Part shown: piece after piece, positions 12,030 to 24,756 of the stretch
Position numbering within the stretch: the first letter of the stretch is position 1
Layout of the letters: each line of letters starts with the position of its first letter
Source of the DNA: Octopus sinensis
Taxonomy: Eukaryota
NCBI RefSeq assembly: GCF_006345805.1
Contig: NC_043001.1
Span: forward strand, 89,156,001-89,220,000
Direction of reading: 5' to 3'
DNA: 64,000 nucleotides
The notes under the pieces: model-generated
Seen by the model: the letters and a program-made list of their open reading frames with translations, nothing else
Databases searched by the model: none
What the model was told of the DNA's origin: nothing
Position numbers and translations under genes: made by a program

Positions 12030-13235
12030 TCTTATATCACCATTAAGTGGGTTCCACAAGACTAATTTGGATGTTTCCAGTCCAAGGTAGTCCACACAAT
12101 AACCAGATAGTCACAGCTGGCTTTGCTTGATCTTTTCACTAACTTTCAGCAGGTCTCCACAAAGGCATTCATTTGTCATACGCTGCTGCAATGTCACATT
12201 TAGAGTTCAGGTATCAATAACAGGTGGAACAAAAGTTTTAATCAACTGTGGTCAAATAATTAACAGAGGCAACTCTATCATGTAATTTCACAGCTGATGA
12301 ATGTTGTTGGTGAGATTGTGTTACTAAGTAGTTGTAGCCAATATCATTTGGCAGGTTGTGTAAATGCTGAACCATACAATAATTCTACTAGGGAGTAAAC
12401 TAGGCTTTCCTTAACAGTGGTGTGTAAACCTAGTGACAACTGGCAGGGCTTCAAACCATCTATTTGAATCAGAATGTGCTCATAAAGCTGCTTTAACACT
12501 TTTGTTACTGTATTTACTTTGAAATGCTCTGTGTTTCTTTCAATTACTTTAAATATAACAAAGAATATAGTAAAATTACTTAGTTATCATTCAGCTAGTG
12601 TTAGGAACATAAATTGTGACTAAGGTTTGGTGGAAAATTCAAAACTTATGAAAACAAGACATTTGTGCTCAGAGCCAGAGCTGGTTTCTGCCGGGTTGGT
12701 AACAAAAGGGTTAAGCTGTCAATGAAAACATTCTATCATTCTGTTAGACATGGGGTGTTAAGTTGTAGTGTCAATTCAATGCATACCTAGCAGGTTAGAT
12801 AGGATGGCAAAAAGACTGTAGTCAACTAACAACCTCTATCGGTCATTATTGTCAGAGGTGTTCTAAAACATGAAATCCTCCCAACCATTTAGGTCTTTGC
12901 AACTGTAAGGGACGAAATGTCCTCAATCAGTATAGCTTCAGATCATCTGGAAAAAAACAGTTTGAACAGGTCAAAAGATACATTTTATCCTGGACTGATG
13001 CTAGAGAGCCCATAGTATCAATATAGATATGCTTGAAACAAGCATCAGGAGTAGCAAAGGTGCCTAACGGTGTTTTGGTGTGACACATAACCTTGGCTTT
13101 TTGGCAAGGTATACATAACCCAGTAGAAACATCACACTATATAAGTGAATCACTAGAATGCAATGGTAATAGACTAAAATCTAGAGAAGATGACTCTGAT
13201 GTCTGGAGTTGTAATAACTCTTCAACATCCTTTTG
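12030..13235 (-). mobile_element. Decayed Gypsy (Ty3) integrase
   Basis: 'CIPCQKAKV..HTKTPLGTFATPDACFKHIYID', 'TDRG', 'FH*QLKAAL', 'LGLHTTVKESL.YS.VELLYG' are integrase zinc-finger and core motifs; many stops. Confidence 0.85.
12497..12710. mobile_element. 214-bp piggyBac-type MITE inserted in the integrase
   Basis: TTAA at 12493-12496 and 12711-12714; ends c(a/c)cttttgttac / gtaacaaaaggg; removing it restores the reading 'QLKAAL'. Confidence 0.88.
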
Positions 13236-13397
13236 ATCTATAGCAATCTTTTATTAAAAACAGTGCAAGTGATACCTGGAAATTTCTTAAGGATCATATG
13301 GAAAGATACAAAGGAAACAGGACTGATAGAAGCAGGTTTACTGTACATACCCTGTGCAGATAATTCCATTTCTGAATATATCACTCTGTTGTGTTTA

Positions 13398-13606
13398 TGA
13401 GCTGGCAGACACGTTAGCATGCCGGTCGAAATGCTTAGCGATATTTCATCTGTCTTTACATTCTGAGTTCAAATTCCGCCGAGGTCAACTTTGTCTTTCA
13501 TCCTTTCAGGGTCGATAAATTAAGTACCAGTTGCATACTGGGGTTGATCTAATAGACTGGCTGCTTCCCTCAAAATTTCAGGCCTTGTGCCTAGAGTAGA
13601 AAAGAA
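13398..13606 (+). mobile_element. SINE, family A
   Basis: 'gagctggcagacacgttagcatgccgg..gagttcaaattccgccgaggtc..gtcgataaattaagtacc'. Confidence 0.88.
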
Positions 13607-15674
13607 TCTGCAAGAAGACCAAAATGATGCAGAAAGTCAGCACTAAGGATAGAATATACAAGATCTGCAATTATAAAAATCCATTTGAATTGGCATCTCA
13701 AATTCAGCTCCACTGCAGCCTTCATTTCCACTTAATGGTCTCTTTCCAGTCATCTTGAACAAATCATAAAATATGTCCACTAATTTTCATTCTTAGAGAG
13801 ATTCAGGTATATTTTATTAGCTTCAAAACCTAAAATCATGATAAGTATTTCTTTTTTGAATCTCACTGGCACCAGCATGTTCCCTTCCTTTGCCACCAAC
13901 CATCTTATTTATGTGTGCCTCAGTTCAAGTGACCTCTTTTTTCATTGATTTATCATAATTTCCAGCATCATCTTGTTCCTCATCAGCAACTACTCTCCAC
14001 ATTTATGTGTGCACCAATTCAACTGACCTGGATCTTACTTTTAACATTAATCAAACAGTAAATTCTCTTACTTCACTCCTCCCTCCTTTCATTTTCTTAT
14101 TTTTCATTTTGCATCAGATCAACTGTAACAGTTACTTTTTGCCAATGCAGAACTATCATATTCTTTGGATTTTTCTGTTTGACTACTTGTTGAGAGTTTC
14201 TTGTCTAACAGCACTACTGTTGGATTTAACTGTTAATGCATAAGGAAGAGCAGATTACATTGGAGTTTAACACAGTCCTCTGGCTCATCAGATCCTGTTA
14301 AACTATCCAATCCATACCAATATGGAAGACAAACATTGAGTGATGATGATAGTGATGATGTTTGTATGAATGTATGTGTGTGCGAGAGTGTGTGGGTATG
14401 CTTTGACATCATGCACTAATAGTCTACAGATGTTATCATTATACAAACTGTATCATTTGTCTGCAAATACCCATGGAAACATGTCTGAACTAGGAGAAAA
14501 AATTGTCTCACTTGGAGATAGATGAGGGTTGGCAACAGAAAGAGCATCCAACCATAGATAATCTGCCTTGATGAATTTCATTCAACCTATACAAGCATGG
14601 AAGAGTACATGTTACAATAGTAATGATGATATACATTCACACATCTATGCTAAAGGTACTTTTGAATCACCCTGTGTTTATGTGTAAATGTATATGTAAG
14701 TATATATATTTGTATGCATTAATATATGTCATAATTGTTCATGCACACACACTGCTGTGCATGTCTTCTTTCTTAATAGGTTAAGACCTACTGTTTTTGC
14801 TCTGTGATCTCTGACAACTAATGATTTATTGCTTTTTAACTATATGACTGGAGGCATGTAGAAATTTTCAACAATAGTCTGGTACAAATTGATACAACAT
14901 GAGTGAGTATGGAACGAATAGTGTCAATGGCTGGATACACATCACTGATTGTTGAAGACATTACAAAGATACATATTTTACTAATGAATGTAGTTGTGGT
15001 ATATAAGTTAGTATAACCTGTTGGACTGGAATACATGCCAATACAAACAGTAGGTAGTCAGGTTATTAATGGTAAAACAGGCATTCCACCCAGCTAGGCT
15101 GGTGAGCAACGTTGCTAGAAACCTAGCAGAAAAATTATAAGACCTGTCAAAAGGATAAAGGATGGATGGATCAAGTATGGGAAAAGAAAATATGGCTGAA
15201 AACTCACTCAACACATAATTTACACAACCACCACCTAGACGAATAATACAATTCATAAAGTAAATAACTTTGTACAATCACCATTCCATAATATAACACA
15301 TCACTTGTTTTTACATAACTGGCTCCCAACACTATAAAATCTTCCACGCACCATGATAAGCTAATTCACATATATACATGTGTGTGTGTTTGTGTTTGAT
15401 TAGGTCTGCATAGCAGAAGAGATTTCAGCCATAGAAGCAAGGACTGGTATCAAAAGGATTTAGAGTTAATTTAGCATAGACCAAAGTCCTAATAAGTAGG
15501 AAAGCAGACAAACTACTGATCCCTTCAGGGAAAAGACCTAGCTCGATATGTAGAAATTCCATATGATGTACTCAGTAGGTCCAAGGAATGGACACTTAAG
15601 AAGTGCAATGGAATCACAGATAGGTTAACTGAGAAAGTAATCTTTGTGTGTGGCAGATATGTAGGAACAATGAA

Positions 15675-16080
15675 CGCAGGAGTGGCTCTGTGGTAAGTAG
15701 CTTGCTTACTCACCACATGGTTCCGGGTTCATTCCCACTGTGTGGCACCTTGGGCAAGTGTCTTCTGCTATATCCTCAGGCCAACCAAAGCCTTGTGAGT
15801 GGATTTGGTAGACAGAAACTGAAAGAAGCCCATCCTATATACGTACATATATATGTATGTGTGTGTATATGTTTGTGTGTCTGTGTTTGTACCCCCAACA
15901 TCGCTTGACAACTGATTGTGGTGTGTTTACGTTTCTGTAACTTAGCAGTTCAGCTAAAGAGACCGATAGAATAAGTACTAGGCTTACAAAGAATAAGTCC
16001 TGGGGTCGATTTGCTTGAGTAAAGGTGGTGCTCCAGCATGGCCGCCGTCAAATGACTGAAACAAGTAAAAGAATAAAAGA
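15675..16080 (+). mobile_element. Full-length SINE, family B
   Basis: Complete head, body and 'gactgaaacaagtaaaagaataaaaga' tail. Confidence 0.9.
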
Positions 16081-16134
16081 CTAAGAACACAGAATCCTTA
16101 AAGATAGTAGATAGTTTCCATTGCCTAGGTGACC

Positions 16135-16625
16135 AAGCTACACTCTGAAAGCATAGTTGCTAGAATTAGAACTGTTTGGGCAAATTCAGAGAGATATCTT
16201 TTTAGGTAACAATGGCCTCTTTCTCAGAGTGAAAGGTAGATTTTATGATGCTTATGTATGAACAGCAATGCTACATGGTGGTGAAACATGAATGCAGAGG
16301 ACCTTGGAAACAAATGAAGCTAGCATGCTCTGCTGTATGTGCAAGGTCAGTGTACATGGACAACAAATTGAAAGCATTGAGAAAAAATAGGGTTTAAGAA
16401 GTATCAGATGTACTTGGTGACCTCACAGCTGCTGATGCCAGATAAGAAAATACCCATTAGACTTAGCAAAGTGGATGGTGTTAGGAAGGGCATCCAGCAG
16501 TAGAAACTGTGCCGAAAGAGACAGTAGAGCTTGGTAGTTTTCTGATCTGCCAGCTCCTGTCAAACCATCCAACCCATGCTAGCACAGAAGATGTACATCA
16601 AATGATGATGATAATGATGATGATA
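16135..16625 (+). mobile_element. RTE LINE 3' fragment continuing into the family C tail
   Basis: 'VARIR..KFRE..RVKGRFYDAYV*TAMLHGGET' then 'ggaagggcatccagcagtagaaac' and (GAT)n. Confidence 0.75.
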
Positions 16626-16664
16626 CAACTCGCACACCATATATAATTTTTTTGTATTACATGC

Positions 16665-16900
16665 TAATGCAGTTGTGTGATTAGGGTGTTGCACTCATGA
16701 CTGTGAGATTGTGGTTTGAATTCCTGGACCATGTGGCGCATTGTGTTCTTGAGCAAAACACTTCATCTCGCATTATTCTGTGATCTTTCCCACACCTGAT
16801 GTATGGTACACCATGCACCTGTCTAGGCAACATTGATATAATGGAAGGAGTGAGCTTAAGTACAGCACAAACATTTGATCACTTTCAACAAATCATTCAC
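16665..16900 (+). mobile_element. tRNA-derived SINE, family D (decayed)
   Basis: 'gattagggtgttgcactcatgactgtgag..ttgtgttcttgagcaaaacacttcat' matches 44609-44861. Confidence 0.65.
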
Positions 16901-17279
16901 CCTGGTTGTTCAGCAAAGCTGTCTTTCTCAGACTACGGGAGACTACCATTATACCAGCACTAATAAGAATAAATGTTTCTACTTTATGCACAAGGTTAGA
17001 TGATACCATCAACCCCAGTACTAGACTGACATTTTATGTTACTGATCTCAAAAGGGTGAAAAGGAAAGTTCACTATAACAGAATTTGAACTCAGAATTGG
17101 TGCAAATACTGCAAGATATTTTGTCCACCATTCTTACCAATTACACCATTTTAAAAAAATATTTTGCTTCTGGGGCCATTCATACATTTTAAAAATGAGT
17201 AACAAAGACACAGTGATCAACATATATGGTCATATAAAACAAAAAATACAAGGGTTGGAGACAAATAATATATATATAG

Positions 17280-18420
17280 GTATGTAGTTAGGTACCAAGT
17301 TGAGTAAAGCACTTTTCATATTTCAAGTTTTAGTTAATAATTCAAACAAATTACATATGAAAAGTGTTTATTTATCAAAATATGTTCCATCATATTCCAT
17401 TGTTGCCATCGTTGTGCCTGTAGCTCAATTCTACACTTAGTTTAGAAGCCAAAAACTCCATCTGCTTGTTTCAACCTTATCCACATTGTCGAACCTCCAT
17501 CCATGCAGGAAATGAGCCATGGCCCAGAAAAGGTGGTAATCTGAATGTACAATGTCTGCATTGTTGGCAGGTGGAGGCAGCACATCCTACCCCTCAAGTT
17601 CCTCAAGTTTTCACTTGGTCACATTGACAGTGTGTACTAGGGTATGGTAATGTTGTATAAGTGCATGTCTTTGATTGACCAATGCCAGATAGTGGGCTTT
17701 CAAAGCATCATATACTCACAACAGTTGTTGAATATAAAGGTTAGTGTTCACAGCATGACCAAAGTGCAACGCTCCCCAAAAATTCCAGCAAACACAAAAC
17801 ATGACCTTCTATTCAAACTACCCTCATTTGACATCAGGTTCTGAAGCTTGCAGGAAGGAAGCCACTGATTTCTCTTATTAAAATTACAAACATAGATCCA
17901 TCTTTTACCCCCAGTTATAATTCAATGCCAAAAAATAGACATCTCAAAGATTTACCAGTAGTTGAGCCTGGTTATTGATCAGTTTATGAGGAACTTGTCA
18001 ACAACATCTGTTCATAAGGCTGAGTTTATGGAGGTGTCAATTGATGGTACCTGGTGAAGTACCAAGTTCTACCTACAATGTAGGACTGCTTGTGCTTGGC
18101 TGTTGTTCAACCATTTCAAGCAAGGCCTCATCTTCCACAACAGTTCTCTCTGATCTTGGTTTGTCTTCAAGGCTCATGTCACCTTCCTTGAAACATCTAA
18201 ACCAGTTTTGTGCCACATGTTTGTTGACTGTTCTTGGTCCTTCCACATCATTAATTTTTTATGCTACTGCACTTGCACTCAGTCTCATTTTTTTTATAGG
18301 CTATGAAAAATGATTCTAATGGTAATTTCTTCAATATTCATTATCAAAGCTGTAAAATAAAGAATAAGCAATCAATGTTTATATGTTATGTTTGAAAATA
18401 AAGAATGGAAGTTGTATCAA
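17280..18420 (-). mobile_element. Mariner transposase pseudogene
   Basis: 'NWFRCFKEGDMSLEDKPRS', 'VPHKL', 'KVMFCVCWNF', 'SDYHLFWAMAHFLHG', 'EYDGTYF'; many stops; TIRs not clearly resolved. Confidence 0.8.
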
Positions 18421-18443
18421 ATTAATGATATAACATGGACGTA

Positions 18444-19327
18444 TGAGGTGTACCCAAAAGAAACCAGAATTTTGCAATATTATTTTATTCACTTAGTTTT
18501 ATATGTTTACACTTTTATTACCTTCAAAGTATTCTCCATTTGAAGCAGTGCCACTTTTCAAAGCAATGCTGGAACTCTTGTGATTTGATACCTTTTAATG
18601 CCTCTGTCATTTTTTCTTCACCTCTTCCACATCTGCAAAATTCTGTAGCACCAGCTTTTGTCACCAGTAATGACCCCTAAAAAAATGGTCCTGATCAACT
18701 TCCAACTGTTCTTTCAGTTCATGACATGCATTCAGTCATGACAGGTTTTGATCTTTCATGAGCAAGTGAGGCACAAATTTTGCTGCAACTCTTTTCATTC
18801 ACAATTTCTCGCTGAAAATTCATTGGCAGGAGCTCCAGGACACACCAGTCATATCAACAGGTTTGTCAATTTTTCGGTGACAGTCCTCCAAGATCAGTTC
18901 ATGAATTTTCATGATGTTTTCATTCATCTAGGAGGTTGATGGTCATCCTGAATGAGATTGGTCTTCAAGTGACAAGTGACCATTCCTAATGCATGGAAAC
19001 CACTTGTAACTTGTGTTTTGCTCATGATAGCATCCTTGTAAGCTGTTTGAAGCATGATAACTGTTTCAGCCACCATTTTCCCCAGCAGAAAACAGAATTT
19101 CATGGATGCACATTGTTCCTTTGTTTCAGCCATTGCAAAAATCAGTGAACAGGGGAGAAGCACTGCAAAACAAAGATGCACCACATGGCAGTATGACTTC
19201 ACCCGAAGACACCAGTCGGCAAACTGATGCCAGAGCAACACATCAAGTGGCTTCTAGCAGTGGAAGCCTCAACTACAATGGATTGTCCCACAGAGAACAT
19301 TTCCATTTACTTTTGGGTACCCCCTCA
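18444..19327 (-). mobile_element. Internally deleted mariner with both TIRs
   Basis: TIRs tgaggtgtacccaaaag / cttttgggtacccctca, TA on both sides; 'MAETKEQCASMKFCFLLGK' N-terminus; ITGDKSWCY joined directly to FADVEEVKK at about 18643. Confidence 0.88.
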
Positions 19328-19833
19328 TACAAGTATCCAAAAATCAAGGAAAATCTGAAATAAGTTTTCACTCTACCTGGTAGATAAATAAGTAGGTAGG
19401 TAGGTAGGTCAATAGTTAATTAATTAATTAATTTTAATGTGCACAAAGCGGTAGAATCAGATGCAGATGGTTCTCATGGCCTCTTTGACTAAATCACGTT
19501 CATAGGTCATGAATCAAGCTAGTTAGATATTTTATATTTATTTATGTTTTATTTCTAAATAAAATAGTTTCACTAAACTTTCACTTGTACTAAATAATTC
19601 GAATTCTCTTTGTTTTCAGTTAAAAGGAAAATTTCAATTTTATGAATTCAGTTGTGAAGCCTGTCAAACAACTGTTCATATATACTCACAAGGAATGAAA
19701 CCTGACAGAACAAGATCCTTTGTTTTTATTAGAAATAGTTTGAAATGTTGTTTAGCTCCAGGCCAACCCTGACTTTCTGATCACTAATGACAATCTTGTC
19801 TTCTATGAATATGTAGTATAACATTATTTACTG

Positions 19834-21000
19834 CTAGACTACCTGTAACCCATTGGGTCACCAATAGTTCAAGGTACTCAAAAAAACTGTGTATCTCGGG
19901 AATCCATGGTCCAATTTATGCAAAACTTTTGTTATTCTGTGTGTATTCACATTTCAATGATACCTTACTTTCAAAACATTTTTCCCATTATATGCCAGTT
20001 TGGCAATTTATAAAGGTACCCAAAAAAACTATGTATCTCAGTAATCCGTGGTCCAATTTACATGAAACTTGTTTTATTCTATTTGTATTCACATGAGCAT
20101 ATGATTCATGACATCTCCTGCTTTTGTCTCTTTCCCTCTGTTTTGCCAGACACTCACCTCTCCCAGCGTCCGATTCCTGATCTCTCCTGTTTCTGTTTCT
20201 TTTCCTCTGTCCCACCATATGCTCAGCCTTTACTTTATCATTCCCATCGATCCTTCTATTCACATGCCTGTCCTGATCTTGGGGAAATATTTCGTAAAGG
20301 ACCCATTCATACTTCGGTGTGAAATAATTTTTTCCACAGGTTTTTTCAAGTGCATTCAACATATCTCACCTCCAAACTCACAGCAAGCCACTTTCTTCTG
20401 CAAAAGAAAGGGGGTAGGGGTGGTAGTGACCTTGGAGTTTCCTGGGCAACTCTGAGTTTCCCACCAACAGAGTTTTGTTTTGTTGGGTTTTTTTTCTTTT
20501 CCAGGATATTTCACATGCTTTCAACAAATGTGACATCAAAATCATGAGTAAACAGCTCCTTTCTTCAGAAAAGGAAAGATTTGCCTGCTATTTCTTGCAC
20601 ACTCTGCTACCATGTAACAGCTATTTCGGGTCCTTTATCGCAAATCCTGGCTCAGTTAAATCTCTTGTGGATCCAAATGATGTCAACTGTAGTGCAGCAT
20701 TGTATTGTCTAATTTTGTTTTGGAATTGCTTGGAATCTTGGTCAGTTGATGACAACAGTTTCTTCAATGGCTCTGGGGGTTGGGGGATTGCAGGAAGTTT
20801 AACCTTTCTACCACTGCAGCACAGTGCAAGTGTCTCTCCAGGCCACTTCTTTGCTTTATAATGTATGCACTCAGTTGTCATTGCACCAATGGAAACTCTA
20901 GTGTCATCTGCATAATGAACTGCTGGGTCATAATTGAAAGCTGCTTCATAGAAGTTGCTATGCTGACACAGTTTGAGAAAACAAAAGCTCAGAAGGGAAT
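19834..21000 (-). mobile_element. Helitron remnant
   Basis: 'YDPAVHYADDTRVSIGAMTTEC..LCCSGRKVKLPAIPQPPEPL..IRQYNAALQLTSFG' resembles the RepHel N-terminal region; hairpin gtaacccattgggtcac (19845-19861) 7 nt from CTAG (19834-19837) fits a Helitron 3' end. Confidence 0.75.
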
Positions 21001-21144
21001 TTTGGGGTTTGGTTGTTTTGTATGCTAAAGGTCTTAAAATTTTCCCACATGATCCCTGCTAATTCTAGCATAATAAACGACCACTTGAGGGACTACCTTC
21101 AAGTTTGTTTAAAAGAAAGAGATTAAAACTGCAATGAAATAATG

Positions 21145-21362
21145 GCTTCAAATTTTAGCACAAGGCCAGCAATTTCGAGGTGAGGGAGAGTAAGTCAATT
21201 ACATCAAACCCAGTGATCAACTGGTACTTATTTTATTGACCTCAAAAGGATGAAAGGCAAAGTTGACCTCAGTGGATTTTGAACTCAGAATGTAAAGACA
21301 AATGAAATGTTGCAAAGCAAAATGCTTTGCATGCTAACAATTCTGCCAACTCACCACCTTAA
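21145..21362 (-). mobile_element. SINE, family A
   Basis: Reverse complement of the family A pattern. Confidence 0.8.
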
Positions 21363-21536
21363 CTGCACTGAAATAATGAAAGAAATATTTACTCTGCAGA
21401 TGAGTGCTGGAAGATGAATAAAGGATATGAAAGAAAATTAGATGTAACATGTCAGGAAAATTATACCCATTAGGAATCAAATGTATAAATATTCAGTAAC
21501 TAGCAGAAAACCACCTGGAGGGCGGTCTATCTGTTA

Positions 21537-21575
<39 letters not shown>

Positions 21576-21814
21576 GTGTGTGTGTAAGCTGTCCAATAGT
21601 CCATAAGTCAGGAAAATTCACTTGTATATTTATCAGTAGAGTAATCATTCTGAAACTGCTGTCTCTGAAGAGCACAGAGTTACATAATCAAACACTCCTT
21701 TGGACCCCTTGTGCGAAACTGATTGGTATGATCAACCATAGTGAATGTTTAATACTGTACACTTCGATTTATAGATAGACATACAGACAGACATATGTGT
21801 GTATATATATATAC

Positions 21815-21975
21815 TGTGAGGTATATTTGCCATCTCAATATGGCTAACCACTAAGGGTGGGTGTTACTGTAGCTTGTAGCCCCAGGAGAACATCTCCTCC
21901 AGCTGGCTATAGGCACACTTTCTGTGCCCTATCGGTATTTGCAAAGGGAGATCATCCTTCCCTCGTCAAGCTACG
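21815..21975. mobile_element. LTR-family fragment (family of 11744-12016)
   Basis: 'tgtgaggtatatttgcc..ccactaagggtgg..gtagccccaggagaacatc'. Confidence 0.7.
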
Positions 21976-22502
21976 GATTTTGGTGAAGCTTTGAAGTCTC
22001 ATGATGAGTTTTAAGCAGAATCTCTCAATTAGAATCATGTGTGAGAAGAAAGAGGAGGAGGAGGAGAAGAGAAAATCAAATCAAAAAAGAGAGAACCTCT
22101 AAGTCATCAATATTGTATTTTTTTTTTTTTTTGACTTTCCTCTCTGATAACATGAAGATGCTGACATATACTGGACTTAAGCTATGGTCACAAGACTTCT
22201 ATTGATGGCAATTGAATGGGTTTTTTTTGTTGTTTTTAAGGAACTGGTGCTGTACCTTATCTCATCTGGTTTTCACATTTACAATTGTAATTGCACATCA
22301 AATTATTATTACTGAGAACAACAGAGTTGGTAGAGTAGCAAATAATAATAATAATAATAATCATTAATATTATTATTATTTTGAATATTGTATAGTGTGT
22401 ATGGCAGAATCATTGTATGTCAGACAGAATGCTTAGTGGTGTTTCTTCCGGTCTTAATGTCCCGAGTTCAAATTCCACAAGGTTGACTTTGCCTTCTTCC
22501 TT

Positions 22503-22634
22503 CTTTGCAAATACCAATAGGGCACAGAAAGTGTGCCTATAGCCAGCTGGAGGAGATGTTCTCCTGGGACTACAAGCTACAGTAACACCCACCCTTAGTG
22601 GTTAGCCATATTGAGATGGCAAATATACCTCACA
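22503..22634. repeat. Inverted copy of 21815-21946 fused to a truncated family A SINE
   Basis: 130/132 identity by manual comparison. Confidence 0.9.
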
Positions 22635-22699
22635 TTGTCATGCAGTTACTGTTTATACCTCGTTCAGCGATTTATTATTGCTTATATATATACTACTTC

Positions 22700-23200
22700 T
22701 ACTGCTACTACTACTAATCATCCAACTTCAGTTGGTGACACTATGAAGTACAGAACTCCATAGTATTTTAAAGTACCTAAAGTGAGTTGATGAATCATAG
22801 TTCTATCAGCTAGCAGTAATCTGCTAACTGGATTGGTTGACCCAAGACTGACTGTTGGCTGAAGTGGCTCTTCTGCTGAGGTTGTGTTGCACAGTTTTGC
22901 CAAATAAAAGATCAATATGCCCAACTTCACATCTACCATGCAGCTCCCCATGATTTCGCCATGACCCTGGCTTGGGGAATTTTTTCATTGATGTCATCCC
23001 CTCTATATACACACTATTGGATGGTCATTGACTCTTATGAGTTCCTCCAACCTTTGACAGGTTTTGTTTTTCATCCCCCAAGGTGTCCAGATCACCCTTC
23101 TCCTCAAGCAAGCTTGGTGGAGTTACTGGTTGATTCACCAATGACAGTTGACCAACTATGAAAAATGAATACAATGACCTCAAATCAAAAGATTCACAAA
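22700..23200 (-). mobile_element. RTE 5'UTR plus start of ORF
   Basis: 'gaggagaagggtgatctggacacc..aaaacctgtcaaagg..gaactc' resembles 4470-4540; ends in 'LTLGT', like the APE-start LTLGTWNV motif. Confidence 0.5.
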
Positions 23201-23691
23201 GGTCATCTTTTGACAGAACTCAACAACATTCTTGACCACTCCTAAAAATATTTCAATTCTTTATTCCTTATAGTCTAATCTCTTCTCACTAACATTTTCA
23301 ACTACTTTTTGTCTTTTTACCTTCCACCTTTTACTTTTCTTTTCCTTTTTCCTTTTTTCTTTTTTTCTTCCTTTTTTCACACATGCTGTTGTATTTACCT
23401 TTTGTTTTCTTTTATTACTTTTTATATAAATTTTTGTATTAGTTTTTATATTCATTTTTTCTATTTTTTATTTTTTATTTGTATAATTGTAAGAAAATAT
23501 CTTTTGATATATAAACCTAAACTACAGAATTTCAGTTTGAAAAAGGCTATTGAAAAGCCCAAAATTCATTAGAGTAACTGTAATCATTATCATTAAAATA
23601 AGAATTATCCCCCCAAAAGCCATCTCTACTCATTTTTTAAAGTTATTATACTGTACCAAGAACTTTTTTTATTATTCTACTACACACACAA

Positions 23692-23724
<33 letters not shown>

Positions 23725-23741
23725 CATATATACATATATCA

Positions 23742-24707
23742 TCATCATCATCATCATTTAACGGCCATTTTCCATACTAGCATGGGTTGGAAGGTTCAAC
23801 CGAGGTCTGGGAAGCCTGGAGGTTGCACCAGGCTCCAGTTTGATTTGGTAGTGTTTCTACAGCTGGATACCCTTCCTAACACCAACCACTCCGTGAGTGT
23901 AGTGGGTGCTTTTTACATGCAACCATGTATATATACACACAACATACACATAAACACATATACACATACGACAGGCTCATTTCAGTTTCTGTCTATTAAA
24001 TCCACTCACAAGACTTTGGTTGGTCTGAAGCTATAGTAGAAACCACTTGCCCAAGGTGCTATGCAGTGGGACTGAATTCAGAACCATGTGGTTGAGAAGC
24101 AAACTTATCACACAACCATACCTATATATCACTCTATCAGTGTATCAACCAGACTATTGGATGTTGCTATATCCTGCTGGTCACAGACTTCAAATTGTCT
24201 GTCATGACATGGTTTCTACAGTTGGATGCCCTTCCTAATGCCAACCACTTTATAGAGTGTGCTGAGTGCTTTTTATGTGCCACATGTATGCATATATAAG
24301 GTTCAGGATTGGCTGTGTGGTAAGTAGCTTGCTTACCAACCACATAGTTCCGGCTTCAATCCCACTGCATGGCACCTTGGGCAAGTATCTTCTACTATAG
24401 CCTCAGGCCGACCAAAGCCTTGGGAGTGGATTTGGTAGATGGAAACTGAAAGAAGCCCGTTGTATCTGTGTGTGTGTGTGTGTTTGTCCCCTCCCCAATC
24501 ACCACTTGACGACTGGTGCTGGTATGACTATGTCCCCGTAACTTTGTGGTTCAGCGAAAGAGATTGATAAAATAAGTACTAGGTTTAAGAAATAAGTCCT
24601 GGGGTCAATCTGTTTGACTAAAACCATTCAAGGTAGTGCCCCAACATGGCCATAGTCAGATGACTGAAACAAGTAAAAGAATATATATAAATATCTAATT
24701 ATATATG

Positions 24708-24756
<49 letters not shown>

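Noticed and set aside
19622-19772. Good acceptor (tttgttttcAG) followed by a 50-codon open stretch
   Set aside because: No donor site and no recognisable protein; needs RNA-seq.
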